Below are positions 49,904 to 61,443 of a DNA stretch of 64,000 nucleotides, one piece after another. The notes below the pieces were generated by a model. The model saw only the letters and a list, made by a program, of their open reading frames with translations, was not told the origin of the DNA and searched no databases. Source of the DNA: Paraphysomonas bandaiensis (Eukaryota > Protista > Chrysophyceae); NCBI GenBank assembly GCA_965644295.1, contig CBFFRP010000028.1, positions 1 to 64,000 on the forward strand, in the 5' to 3' direction. The number at the start of each line of letters is the position of its first letter. Position 1 is the stretch's first letter. Position numbers and translations under genes: made by a program.

Positions 49904-50581
49904 AGGGGATTGCATAATATGTTGACAATCCTGTACTGACTCTAGTTCAATATGGACAGTTAACTGTGTTAGTGCTGCTAGATATATTTACTGACTAGTT
50001 ATTATATTTTGTGGTGTATATTTCTGTTAGATTTAGTTGAAGTAGAGGTGGTAGAGTGTTATTTCCATTCTTTGGATAGTTCTCTGTTGAGTTCGCGTAT
50101 TTGAAAGCAATTGAAATCTGTATTTTAAGTTTTTTAAATTATCACCGTTGCTTGAAGAATAAGATCGCGTCTATCTGAGACCATATAATATTATAGGAAT
50201 ATATTATGAAGATGTAAATCACACTTTTAATTATTTGCTTATCGATTGAATTTAGCCTCCATCAATTTACTTGCAACCATTCAAAATATTAATTCTTAAT
50301 ACTCACAGCTTATAATAAATTCACTATGTAGGCACTGCTAATTCCAAATTTTATAAAACTTCACACAACGTTAACATCGAATTTTTTAGCACTCGGCAAT
50401 TTTCGTAGGAATGTTAGAGTTGGACATTGAAATGAAATTTGAAGTTAACCTCACATAAATCTTAGATATGCTGCTTCGCTTAACGTATTTTTAAGAAAGA
50501 ATTCTCAGTATCTGTTCTCAGTAACAACTTAATATCATTCGTTCATCAGTCAATCCTATATCCTATAGTAGTGAAACGATG

Positions 50582-50852
50582 ACTTCAGCAGGCAGCCCAA
50601 TACCCCGGTTACCCTTGAGGTGGGCCCATTCCAGTATGCCTGTTTATTCGTCAAGGCCCAAATACGTCTACACAAGTGACTCTAATTAGTGTCAGTCTCT
50701 TTTGTACAACATAAGTATTTAGCGGGCAGAACAGTATCTGCTGACTGCTGACTATATGTTTGCGGCATACGTTAGCTTTTCCCAGAGAATATCTCCGGTA
50801 CTTATCCCCCAGAACACCACGAAAAGGTGCGAATCCGACTTTGTTGAGGGTC
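50582..50852 (-). mobile_element. SINE/SIDE-like element, 5' portion
   Basis: Head GACCCTCAACAAAGTCGGATTCGCACC..., homologous to the other copies. Confidence 0.75.
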
Positions 50853-51297
50853 CTATATCCTATATAGTATAGAGTCATACATTAATAACTGAATTTACTT
50901 CCTTTGTAACTATAGCACAACTACGAGATGAATAACCTATATTGCCAGGGGTGGGTAACTATTTCCAGAAAAAATGAAAAAACAATAATAATATTTTAAA
51001 AAACTATAAATAATAAATATATTGACTGGGAGCTAATGAGAAAACATTAGCTCGATCGGAAGTAAGTAAGTTCCACCAACTTGTGCGAAATCCAAAACCA
51101 CACTGCTCCGGCCCCTGTACGCAGGGGGGGGCTGCATGGTCAAAGATATAGGGGACTATAAGACATCACAACTGACCTTCTCCCCTCACCTAAACGCATG
51201 CGACTTCGCAACACCGTCACAAGTATCAACGCCGAACATACTTACCCTACTCAAAGTCACCACTACCCCACGACGTGTCCCGTCGCGGACTCACCCT

Positions 51298-54200
51298 AGT
51301 AGTGAATGTCTGATTATTTAGCAATAGGCGTTGAGACCTTGCAGCAATTAGTGGCTAGAAGAATGCTAGTCATACTAGTTAGACCACTACCCGTAACTAA
51401 TCAATACAAACTCTTTTATCCTACTATTTGACGCTACGAAAGCTGCTTGTGCGTCGCCGCAAGCACCAAGGTGCAACCACTTCCGTTCTTTTTGTGTGAT
51501 ATGAAATTCGCCTTTCTCGTGTGTCCGTGGACTCACCGGCGCTATTGATCTGGGGGTCTCCCTTTGGGATGGGTCTCCATTGGTGTTGGAGGGGGCTCAG
51601 CGTTCTGGATTAGGGTCCTGAGTGCACCTAGTTCCAGATGTGTGGGTTGAGAGTGGTGGGGATTGTTGGGAGGAGGAGTTGGGTGTGTAGGCTGTGTTAC
51701 TGTGCTCCTGTGGGGCCGCGGGTGTAGATAGAGTTGTCGAAGTCGTCGGCGTTGTGGAGGTCTGGGCAGTCCAGTGCTCTGTCGGGTAGGACCTGTGAGG
51801 TGTGCACGTGTGTCTGGAGTCGGGGACGCTGTGGGGGGTCTTCGTTGGACCCCTAGTAGTCGAAGGACTCTCGGACGTTGTCTTGACTGACTGCGTTTCG
51901 GACGGGGTCTCGGGAGTAGCCTGGGCGGCCTTTTGGACATGGTGATATAGCGACAACCGCGATCCTGTAGCATAAGCTTCGCTGCAGTGTAAAGCGGTTG
52001 CAGGAGATTAATAACCGCTGTTTCTAGGTTCCGTAGACTGTGTGCCGTCAGGTGGTTGTGTATGGCATCTTCGAAGACCGTTTCCAGTTGGGCTGCTGTG
52101 ATGGTTCCAGTCCAGTATCTCTCGACCTGTGGGATGGAGGGATTCCAGGCTCTGCTGGAGAGTCTCCGTAGTGCAGATGTGATCCAGTTGGGTAAGGTCT
52201 GAGTTCTCTGTATTTCGTGGAGCACATTTTTATGCGATTGAAATGCAGTTTCCCTTATTTGGGTGATGGATTCATGTGTGCAGTCGAGGCACATATGTTT
52301 TAGGGAATCTAGTCGAAACCCGCAGTCAGAGCATGCGGCTTTGGTCAGGTCAAGCCCCTGTTTGGTTTTGGCCCGGTTCCTCCCTATGCAGAAAGATTTG
52401 TCCCATGTCAGTGCCGTGTTGAGTATTCTTTGGCGTAGATTTGAGCTGAGTTTGTCTTTGGATGCACTGCCATCCGCTTGGGCTAGTTTGCGCGGGAGGT
52501 GTACTCCGCTATTGGTCCAGTAGCCAGGCGCTCGATCAGGATTGTGTCCGTAGCGTTGATCTCTGGTTGAAGTGTAGTTCTCAAGTGTCCTTAGGTCGCA
52601 GAGATCCTGGAATTTAGTAAGGAGTGGGCTAGAGTAGTATGGCCGTCTTGTACTGTGCATACGCCAGTGCCATAATCCAGCAGTTAGTAAGCGTTCGATG
52701 GCACTGTCAATCGCAATTGTGCAGACAGTGTAGTTATTTTTTCCAAGGATGCGATCGACTTCATGCCAGTCTTCACCCGCAACTGCGTCCGCAATATAGA
52801 TGCCCTTGTCCTCAAACGTCCACTCCGTTTCATCTGTGGTACGTCGTTCGGGATGAGACCTCACCCAGGTCACCTGTCGTTTGCAATCTCTGCTGGCTGC
52901 GATGCTTTCGAGTAGTACCCCTTTTGCACGGTGACCGAGAGCTCTGCGTCTTGTGGAGAGTGCTTCCTCAGTGCGGGTGCACACTGCCTGACAGTCTGTG
53001 TGGCTTCTTATGTGTTCGGGAATACGTGTTGAGAGTATAAGCCCCATGGCTGTGCCTATGAGTTCATATGCGTATGAGTCCAAACCGGGCACGTCACGAA
53101 AGGGTGTATCTAGTCGTAGTATTGTGGTTGTACCATCTTCCCAGGCATTTTCTGGGGGTAAGTAGACGACCGCTGCACCTCCTCGGTGTGTCCATCGGGT
53201 TCGCGGATTGACATGAGTGAGGCGACGAGTGGAGAGCGCACTGGCTGTGTATGATCCATCTGTGAAGATAGCCTTGAAAGTATCTGGTTGGACACTATTA
53301 AGGCCGAGTTCTTGTTTTAGGTTGGTCAGCATGTGTTCATCCTGTGGTTCGGGGGGCTCAGGTTCCTGAAGGGTAAGGCCCAATTCCGTTCCCCATTCCC
53401 TGAGGCTGAGAACATAGTGGTGGTATTGGGGCTGTGGCTCTGTTGTCTGAGTGAGTAGAAAATGTGCTGCTTGACCTGCTTCTCCCCCGAGGGTTATTGC
53501 GCGCTGTAGAGATCCCCATTTTTGCTCCTGCGCTGAGTCTGAGAAACGTTTCATACCTAATCCGTTGTGCTTGAGTGAGAGGTAGATCAGTTCCGTGGGG
53601 TATCCAGGGCCTAGACTGAGGGCCTTTCTGTAGAGGGTTGCGCAAGCAGCGTCAATTTCTCTGTACCAGTGTAGCGGCCATGAAGCTTTGGTGGCTCTAT
53701 AGAGCAAAGTCGGTATGATTTGGGTCTCGATAACCATGACTTTACAGCCGGCTGAGGCCTGTTTGATCCCTAGGTGTGTGGTCACGACTTTCAGGTATTT
53801 TAGACACCAGTCATGGGAGGCCTTGTCTGTGATTGTGAGAGGAAGGTCTGCTCCGAGGTAATGTATCGACTCTAGTGATGTTTGGATAGGGACTGGGTGT
53901 GGGCGCCATGACCAGTCGTAGAGAATGATGTAGCCAATGGGGTCGGAGGACTTGTTGGAATCCTGTAGGATCGGAAACACTGTGCAAACTACTTTGGGGA
54001 TAGAGAGTTCCATTCCCGAAAGTACGCAGAACGCAGATATTTGTTGGGCAATGAGTTGGGCAGCGTGTATGGATTTAGCTATTGTGTTAAGATCATCCGC
54101 GAAGGAGATCTTTATTTCGCCTGTAGTCGGAGTCGTGAGTTGAATAGTTGGTAACGTTGGACTCGTTGTTGACAGTTCAATGTCCAGCCACGTGAGAAGG

Positions 54201-56449
54201 ATGTCGTAGAGTGCCACCCAGGCGCATGTGGATTCTGTGCCCCCTTGGGTGATACCCCTTTCGGCTTCGAAACCCAGACTGAATAGTGCAATGAAGTGGC
54301 CGTCTGCGGACAGGAGGTCAAGGAGAGAACGTGGCTCTATGTTGTTTGCCATGAATGGTGTCCAGGGAAATGTTAGACCGCCGGCATCTAAGTTGCCAAA
54401 CCAGTCAACTACATCGTCCGGAACGCCCAGTCGTGCCCACGCGAGACGCATGAGGTTAGGCGCAATTGAGTCGAAGGCCTTCTTGAAGTCCCAGAGTGTA
54501 CATATATGCTGGTCGCCTTTTCGTCTTGCTTCTTCTGCAGCCGCGAGTACCCGTAGTATCGCTGTGTCCGTCCCGTTCCTCCAGCGATAACCATGCTGGG
54601 ACGGATGCAAAACTTTCTGTTCCTCCCATACGGTAAGAATTCTATGAGTGATTATCCTTGTTAATATTTTCCTACTGACTTCAAGCAGACCAATCGGTCG
54701 GAGATTAGTGAGGGAGGATTCTCCTGGTTTCTTGAGAATGGGAGACATTACCCTGTCTCTCCACCAAATGGGCACATGTTTATGTTTCCAGAGAGATCTG
54801 GTGAGGATGTAAGCCTCTCGCTGAACTACCGGTGGCCAGGATTTGACCATGTTGGAGGAGACCATTGAGGGTCCAGGCGCGCGGTTGAAGGAGAGAGAGT
54901 GAAGTGTGCAGTAGAATTCATCCTGGGTGATGTCTTTTGCAAGAGTAGATTTGAGTGTGGCTGCCATGGCCGGAGTGGTCTTGGTACAAAGGGCCCGTCG
55001 TAACCCCAGTTGCAGGGGAAGAGGAATTTTCGAGCGGGGGTGGAGTGGTTCCTGGCATGTCGCTGAGCCCGGATCAAGAAGTGATTTCCACCATGTAGGG
55101 TCATCCTGGAGCTGTTGTGCTACAGGGTCAAGTCCAGGAGGTTTGGCATGATGTTCACGGAAGTGCGCATTAATGCCTTCATGAATGTCTTGCGGCGTTG
55201 TGAGGATGTGTCCGTCCGTTGTTTTCACCGTGGTAAGTCGGAGTGGTGTTTTGACCTTGAGACCAATTTTCTGAAGAATTGCTTGAAGTCTTTTCTGCTG
55301 TAGCAGTGCCTCCATCTGCTTGGTGCGAGCCGTGAGTCTAGTCCGCATTTCTGTCCTGGCTCTTCCATGAAGAAGTCCTCTCAGTCGCAAGGCAATTCGG
55401 AGAAGGTTTTTCTTGGTGGCTTGCTTTGCGTTCCAACCCAGGATTACTCGTGGGTCCGCGTTGCGGTGGCTGCACCAGAAGTTGATGTCCGATATGCCTT
55501 TGATGTGACCCTGAGAACTCCTGAGATAGGAGTCCCATCGGGCGAACCATGCAGTGATGATTTCGTGGGTGGGGGTGGTTGCCGGGGGGCCGCGCCATCC
55601 ATGCCGTTTGTATCCAGCAGAATTGAACATCTTTTGGATAATCCGCAAAACCATGAGCATTCCTTCCTGTATTACTCTCATTTCCGGGGAAAAGCCATTC
55701 TTGAACTTTGAGCGTGTGCGCTGACAACGTTCGTGTAGGCGTGTGCTATGTGTACATGCAGGACGCTTCGCCTCAAGCGAAGCCTGGAGGGTTATGTGAT
55801 GGATGGCCGCTAGTCTGTTGGCTGCCACCTCAGGAGGGAGTATGGCAGTCGATCCGTTGTCTAAATGTGGTAGTTGTGCATGAAGTTGGAGGAGTCTTGC
55901 GGTGTATGCCTGTACTTCCTTGGTGTCCTTCGGGTTTACATTGAGACGGGGGGGGATTCGGAGGTGCGACTCAGGTGGTCGAGGGTCAAGATTGACTGGT
56001 ACGGTGAAACCGACCCAGACCGGTCGATGATCGAAGGCTGCTGCGAGTAATGAGGGGGAGTCAAGGCAGCCAGTGTCCGTAACAGACATGTTCGGAGGTA
56101 ACGGCGTGTGTAGAATATGATCGATCCGCGATATTCCTTTGTCTAATCTGTGGAAGGTATGATATGTTTTCCTGGGTAGGAGAAGCTCATGGAGTGGTGC
56201 AGCCAGTTGGAGTTTGTCGGCAAGTGGTCGTATGTCTCTGCCTTTAGGATTTGTCTCCATGGAGCCATTGAAGTCGCCGGCGACAATGACAGTATGGTCC
56301 TTGGCTCTGGCTTTAGTGACCCATTTCGTAAGGATGTTGCATAGGAGCTTGTAGGGGTCAGCAGTACAGATACCACGGGACGCTCTCCCTAGCTTGGTCA
56401 ATTTGCTCCATAATGTGCAAGTGCCTGGCGTGGATGGCTTCGGGGGTAA
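51298..56449 (-). mobile_element. 5'-truncated non-LTR retrotransposon (LINE)
   Basis: 12-bp TSD CGGACTCACCCT at 51286-51297 and 56450-56461. ~240-bp 3' UTR with no poly(A) tail. Confidence 0.93.
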
Positions 56450-56458
56450 CGGACTCAC
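51542..56458 (-). CDS. LINE ORF2-like polyprotein: APE endonuclease (partial) - reverse transcriptase - RNase H - CCHC zinc finger
   Basis: APE: VAGDFNG, SRIDHIL, FDHRPV. RT: QHGYR, DFKKAFDS, GITQG, FADD. RNase H: FTDGSY, TDCQAV, WVRSH. Zinc finger: CSDC...H...C. Uninterrupted 1638 aa ending PKGRPPDQ. Confidence 0.93.
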   Translation of the reverse strand: MSPLPPKPSTPGTCTLWSKLTKLGRASRGICTADPYKLLCNILTKWVTKARAKDHTVIVAGDFNGSMETNPKGRDIRPLADKLQLAAPLHELLLPRKTYHTFHRLDKGISRIDHILHTPLPPNMSVTDTGCLDSPSLLAAAFDHRPVWVGFTVPVNLDPRPPESHLRIPPRLNVNPKDTKEVQAYTARLLQLHAQLPHLDNGSTAILPPEVAANRLAAIHHITLQASLEAKRPACTHSTRLHERCQRTRSKFKNGFSPEMRVIQEGMLMVLRIIQKMFNSAGYKRHGWRGPPATTPTHEIITAWFARWDSYLRSSQGHIKGISDINFWCSHRNADPRVILGWNAKQATKKNLLRIALRLRGLLHGRARTEMRTRLTARTKQMEALLQQKRLQAILQKIGLKVKTPLRLTTVKTTDGHILTTPQDIHEGINAHFREHHAKPPGLDPVAQQLQDDPTWWKSLLDPGSATCQEPLHPRSKIPLPLQLGLRRALCTKTTPAMAATLKSTLAKDITQDEFYCTLHSLSFNRAPGPSMVSSNMVKSWPPVVQREAYILTRSLWKHKHVPIWWRDRVMSPILKKPGESSLTNLRPIGLLEVSRKILTRIITHRILTVWEEQKVLHPSQHGYRWRNGTDTAILRVLAAAEEARRKGDQHICTLWDFKKAFDSIAPNLMRLAWARLGVPDDVVDWFGNLDAGGLTFPWTPFMANNIEPRSLLDLLSADGHFIALFSLGFEAERGITQGGTESTCAWVALYDILLTWLDIELSTTSPTLPTIQLTTPTTGEIKISFADDLNTIAKSIHAAQLIAQQISAFCVLSGMELSIPKVVCTVFPILQDSNKSSDPIGYIILYDWSWRPHPVPIQTSLESIHYLGADLPLTITDKASHDWCLKYLKVVTTHLGIKQASAGCKVMVIETQIIPTLLYRATKASWPLHWYREIDAACATLYRKALSLGPGYPTELIYLSLKHNGLGMKRFSDSAQEQKWGSLQRAITLGGEAGQAAHFLLTQTTEPQPQYHHYVLSLREWGTELGLTLQEPEPPEPQDEHMLTNLKQELGLNSVQPDTFKAIFTDGSYTASALSTRRLTHVNPRTRWTHRGGAAVVYLPPENAWEDGTTTILRLDTPFRDVPGLDSYAYELIGTAMGLILSTRIPEHIRSHTDCQAVCTRTEEALSTRRRALGHRAKGVLLESIAASRDCKRQVTWVRSHPERRTTDETEWTFEDKGIYIADAVAGEDWHEVDRILGKNNYTVCTIAIDSAIERLLTAGLWHWRMHSTRRPYYSSPLLTKFQDLCDLRTLENYTSTRDQRYGHNPDRAPGYWTNSGVHLPRKLAQADGSASKDKLSSNLRQRILNTALTWDKSFCIGRNRAKTKQGLDLTKAACSDCGFRLDSLKHMCLDCTHESITQIRETAFQSHKNVLHEIQRTQTLPNWITSALRRLSSRAWNPSIPQVERYWTGTITAAQLETVFEDAIHNHLTAHSLRNLETAVINLLQPLYTAAKLMLQDRGCRYITMSKRPPRLLPRPRPKRSQSRQRPRVLRLLGVQRRPPTASPTPDTRAHLTGPTRQSTGLPRPPQRRRLRQLYLHPRPHRSTVTQPTHPTPPPNNPHHSQPTHLELGALRTLIQNAEPPPTPMETHPKGRPPDQ

Positions 56459-57489
56459 CCTGCCCCTACGTACAGACGATAATTGCGTCTACCCATATAT
56501 ATCAAACGCTCTGCTGAACAAACGCTCTACAACATTACTTGTTGTACTGAATATATATCAAAGTATAACACTTCTGTAATATATTCTTACACTACTAACT
56601 GAACGACGACGTAGTAGGAAAATACCAGCTCACGAGCATACTCATACATAGCTACACGCAGTCACTATATTCACGATATGCAATATGTAGTAACATATAT
56701 CAAGCTGACCTGTCAAGCAAAAGAAAACTTCTTTTTGTCTTGCTTCGTGGAAGTAATTCCAACACCTTGTGTGCGATAAATATGAAAGAGATGACGGTCG
56801 AATAGTTTGTTATCGAATAAGAATTTTGGTGTCGTGACCAAAATGGCGGATATGAAGATCATTTTACTGGCTTCCTTATTGACTGTTTACTCTTACAGAT
56901 CATAAGAAGAATATATATTGGGGAAGTCGTTAGTTGAACCAGGAGGACAGCATGCACTTAGCAGTTTGGAGTTTACTATTTGGTGAATAGCTCTTCAGTC
57001 TTCAGAGACAGTAGAAAGACACACAAACATGACGATATATATCATCAATATATTGCGAGGCCAAATTTCGTCAAAATAATAATAAATATATAAATGTATT
57101 GTAGCCAGCAAAAATTAATAATTGCAATCCAAAATATTTTTACCCTGCCCTGCCTACACACCATTAACTCGATTCAATTGCACAATATATTTCATATAAT
57201 GCAGCTGAACTCAGCAAGGAAAAAGAGAAGTGCTCATCAACAAGAAATTGAAATTTTGTGTTTGCTATCTAAACCACTATTTTACTGCAAAATAATATCT
57301 GGAAGTTTCATAATACAATTAAATAAAGGTTGAACACAATTCCTTCTCTCCAGGTTAAAAGTTTTATATCCACCGACGAAATTCCGTATAAAGGATATCT
57401 ATTTTTTTCGGTAGCTATGAACTAATGCCACGGCTGACTTCGCATCTCTTATGACCCTAAATTTAATGCAATAACGATACATTGGAGGT

Positions 57490-59790
57490 CAGTATATACC
57501 AAGAGCACACCTCGTATCATCTCTCTCACGCTTCAAATCGTGCAGTAATCTGTATCCCCTATTAATCACGTAACTATTAGTGATGTGTACGGACACAAGT
57601 ACATGACACGTACTCTATTATATCCCGGATAACTGTGGTCCACTGTCTGTAGGACTGGTCATCTTCAGCCATAAGTATAATCGGCGATAGATCTCCAAGT
57701 TCAGAAGAATCCTGTTGTAGGTATCAGAACAGAAATTAGTATGTGCATCATTCAACAATACATAATAACATTCAGATGCATCCAATGACTATTATATTTT
57801 CAATATATCACATCCCAATATGCATATAATACTTTTGGAATTAAGGCAAACTGAAGCCTTCTGGTAGCGTGATATACATCAAAATCCGCACTCATCGCAT
57901 CTGAAACAAACATGTCCTCCGAGCCGCTGACAATTCCTCGAATAATATGACGCACAGAAAAATATGGCGTGGAGTACTGACGCAAGGTCCTAAAAGAAAC
58001 AAGGTCGTTAGGTGTCACATAAATACATAATAATATACATACGCATACAACTACAACTAAAGTGGCAAACGGATAATTGGTCACTCACTGCATGTTTGTT
58101 TCGATTTCATAGTGTTGGAGGTATACTGGCGCAAGATCGATACTCTCCCGGATGTCAGCAAAATCCTGTGGTAAAGGCAATAAGTAAGCACAAACATTAT
58201 TACATGTATCTACACACATCCTTGCTGCTGTAGAAGTTCAGCACACCCCTCTCAATCACGGCATACGTTTTAGAGAAGCACGGGCTAACTACTTCTACGT
58301 GTCGGAGGCTCTTGTTCCATATTACCCCACGAGCTCTCAAATTCTTCAGTCGCTGTATTATTGCAAAATTACACGTACGCTAACATACCACGTACTACTC
58401 TGCACCCATATACGCAACAAAATACGAAACCGTGGCTTAATATACCACGATAATCATGAGCAGAAACAAAATCATCACCTTTCGTATACCGCTTTTCATA
58501 TCTTTCACTTCCATCCTCTTCCTCTCTTCGACAGCTGCTCTACTTTCCATAACGCCGCTCAGGACGGTGATGGCATGGGAGCTTGCAGACGAAGTTACTT
58601 GTGTGATTTGTGTCAGTGTCGTTCGAACGGTGCGCGCGTCATCTTGTGGCCCGTTTACATCTTTATTACCGTTACAGAAATCGTCTTCCTCCTCCCCGGG
58701 GTCCTCCAGAATAGGCACATGCATGTAGCGCTCGACAAGGGCACTAGCCGACACAGGATCTATGGAACGCAAAGCTAGAATTAGGAATAATCAAATAACC
58801 GAACAATAGTGCGCGAGCCAAATTCAGAGCTACACCAAGAAATGTCACAAAATAGATATTTATTTCTTCAAAACGACAGGACAACAAAAGGACATACAAA
58901 CCTACCTGTGCTATCTACAGTGAAGAGCGCTATGGCTTGCTTTCCATGCGTTACCATGAAGTAGAATCCACTGATGTACAGAGAAGATTGCGCGATTAGA
59001 AATATTTTACTCGTATCTGTCCCCCAAGTCCAGGCCCATGTCTGAAGCATTAAGATAACGATACAGCAGACACCACATTTGGCTGACTGTAATTGGTACT
59101 TTTTCACCTTGCGGATGCTTTTTAACACATCTTCATGGGATTCTCCCTGCAGAAATGTCACCTTACCATACAGGTAACTCATGGCCGACAAGAGCGACAT
59201 TGCAATCGCGAAGAAAACACCACATACAGCAGTTGCTAGATAGGGGTATGCGGCAATATCCGTATCTGCAATAGGTTCTGAAAAGTCCCGTAAATCGTCT
59301 AACGCATAGTGGAGTGTGATGAGACCATTCATACAGATAGAAGTGAGATTAAGCATGTACAGGCTCACCACTTTCCTGTGGATCTCAAGATTGTCTCTGT
59401 CGTATAGCATAAGCCACAAACCTACAGCTACATATGGGCAACAAAAACCTCGCAAATTCCGCCAAAAGAGACTCTCTCTGTCTGTTGATCATATAAGATA
59501 TTTCTCTGTATGTCTGGGGCTATACATATATTGCGACATGTATCTTACGCCTCATCTGACGCACCAGTCGTTCAGTCCATTGAACTGGTCACTACATATG
59601 CGGATTAGCAGAGTGTCCACTTGTGGATCCACCCAGCAATCTATGTGGTGATGATAATATGATATAAACGCAACACCTACTTAGCTCTACGCCTCCAGGT
59701 CCTCCGAGAGTCGTATCGAAATATGCATACGGCAGTATACGGGTATACGGTTATGGTATACGGGCATGGACGCACCGCTGTACTCATATA
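57490..59790 (-). CDS. Multi-exon multi-pass membrane protein with C-terminal PH-like domain (boundaries approximate)
   Basis: About four hydrophobic helices in ORF 58868-59455. Downstream exons read YAVIERGVLNFYSSK, LQFALIPK and IILMAEDDQSYRQWTTVIR, matching PH beta strands and the terminal Trp helix. Confidence 0.55.
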
Positions 59791-59944
59791 TGCATATATT
59801 CGTGTGCACTTGACTGCAACCTTCGCTCACATTATAAACAGCCCATAAAATTTTAATGCAACTGATTGGAAATTTTTAAGGCAATCATGATCACTTTTCC
59901 TTCTCCCTTTCAATTTTAGACACACCACAGCCGAGACCGTTATC

Positions 59945-60266
59945 ATGGGCGAAATATTTTCCAATTGCATTTTTGACAATCGTGATTGCGATGCGGAGCA
60001 GAGAAAGGCAAATAGTCACATGTGAGCTTTCAACGTTAATATATTTCTAGTTCCGTGTTGTAGGTTACAATGGGGCAACAGTTAGAGCAGATGCATCTAC
60101 AGAATCTAGATTTATCACAAAGCTGCCCCAAGGGTCGGTTGTAATTGTTGATGATGTAAAAGAACGGAGAGTGCACATATGCAGTCCAGTTATTGGCTGG
60201 ACGAGTATACATACGAATTCAGCATCACCACTTACTATACTTCAACCTATAGATGGTGATGAATAA
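59945..60266 (+). CDS. Small SH3b-like protein with possible N-terminal acylation (MG....C)
   Basis: Exon 60051-60266 reads FRVVGYNGATVRADASTESRFITKLPQGSVV...RRVHICSPVIGWTS. It joins exon 59945-60007 in frame via a GC-AG intron. Confidence 0.5.
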
Positions 60267-60837
60267 TATTTTATAGAATTGTATTTTTGCTCCAACATTA
60301 ATAATATACATATAATCATATACTGGAGGGTATCCTGTTAAAGCTATGAGAAATCTACTGTTAATCGAGAGCATATATACCTTCGTAGCAGATATCAGAG
60401 TTAAGTACTAGTTAGTCAAATTGCAGTGCTAAATTAGTTCTGACACTTACACGCCTATTGCTAATAATCAGACCTTTACTACTCTTTCATATTTATCGCA
60501 CATAAGGTGTTGGAGTTACTTCCTTGAAGCAAGGCTTACTCGTTCTTGACAGTTCAGCTTACGATGGTTCTTACATTGCATATAGAGTGACTGCTGAGTT
60601 ATGTATAAGTATGTTCGTGAGCTGGTATTTTTCAACCACAGTGGTGTTATATTATATTAATCAGAGTGTTATGTTGTGCTATACAACTGTATTCGGTAGA
60701 GGAATTTATGTGAGCGACTTCATAGTTACCACGAGCCATAGCTGACGTTATCAAACAAGGCTATGTCATAATGTTTTCAATGAAGCAAATCATTGATCTT
60801 TTTACACACAGCGTTTTGTAATCACTGCTTGGTAAGT

Positions 60838-61015
60838 CCCTCAACAAAGTCGGACTCGCACCACTTCGTGGTGTTCTGGGGGATAAGTACGGGAGAGATT
60901 TCTCCGGGAAACTAACGTGGGCCGCAAACATAAACAGTAGATATTATTCTGCCCACTCATAGCCAAATGCTTGTGTGATACACGGGACGAATAAACAGGC
61001 ATCTGAGGTATTGGG
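60838..61015 (+). mobile_element. SINE/SIDE-like element head with the clearest HDV-like fold (tail-only fragment also at ~60380-60482)
   Basis: CCCTCAAC-AAAGT-CGGACTCGC-ACC-ACTTCGT-GGT-GTTCTGG-GG...GGAGA/TCTCC...CTAA-C-GTGGGCCG. Confidence 0.7.
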
Positions 61016-61029
61016 CTTAACACCCAAGA

Positions 61030-61443
61030 ATCGATCGACCAAGTACATATTGTGGAGCGTTTGTTTAGCAGAGCCAAGATTATCATGGCACAGTTGTGTC
61101 AAGGAATGACCCCACGACGCCTCGAACTGCTGCTGTTCCTTCGGTTGTGGTTCAACAAGCACTTGTGGACCGCAATGACAGTACAACAGGTCATTGATGG
61201 ATTGTCCGATCATGATGAGAATATGAGGACGACAGTGACGAAGAGAGTTGGAATACTTAAGTACTAGTTGCAGCATTGTAATTGGGTTTTCATTATCATG
61301 TTACTAATTAGTTACTACCGATCGAACTAATGTTTCTTAGCGTCCAATATATATCAACAATACAATATTGCAATATATTATTATATTGGATTTCTTTAAA
61401 ATTAAATTCATTTTTTGCAATACTATATTGCTACGCGGCCCTG
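61030..61443 (+). mobile_element. hAT transposon 3' remnant
   Basis: VERLFSRAKIIM...MTPRRLELLLFLR..N..LW matches the hAT C-terminal dimerisation motif. Ends ...CGCGGCCCTG (CAGGG-type TIR). Confidence 0.7.

Noticed and set aside
51515-51545. CCGGTGAGTCC..GGACAC as a hammerhead variant in the LINE tail
   Set aside because: The core deviates from CUGAUGA at essential positions and lacks GAAA.
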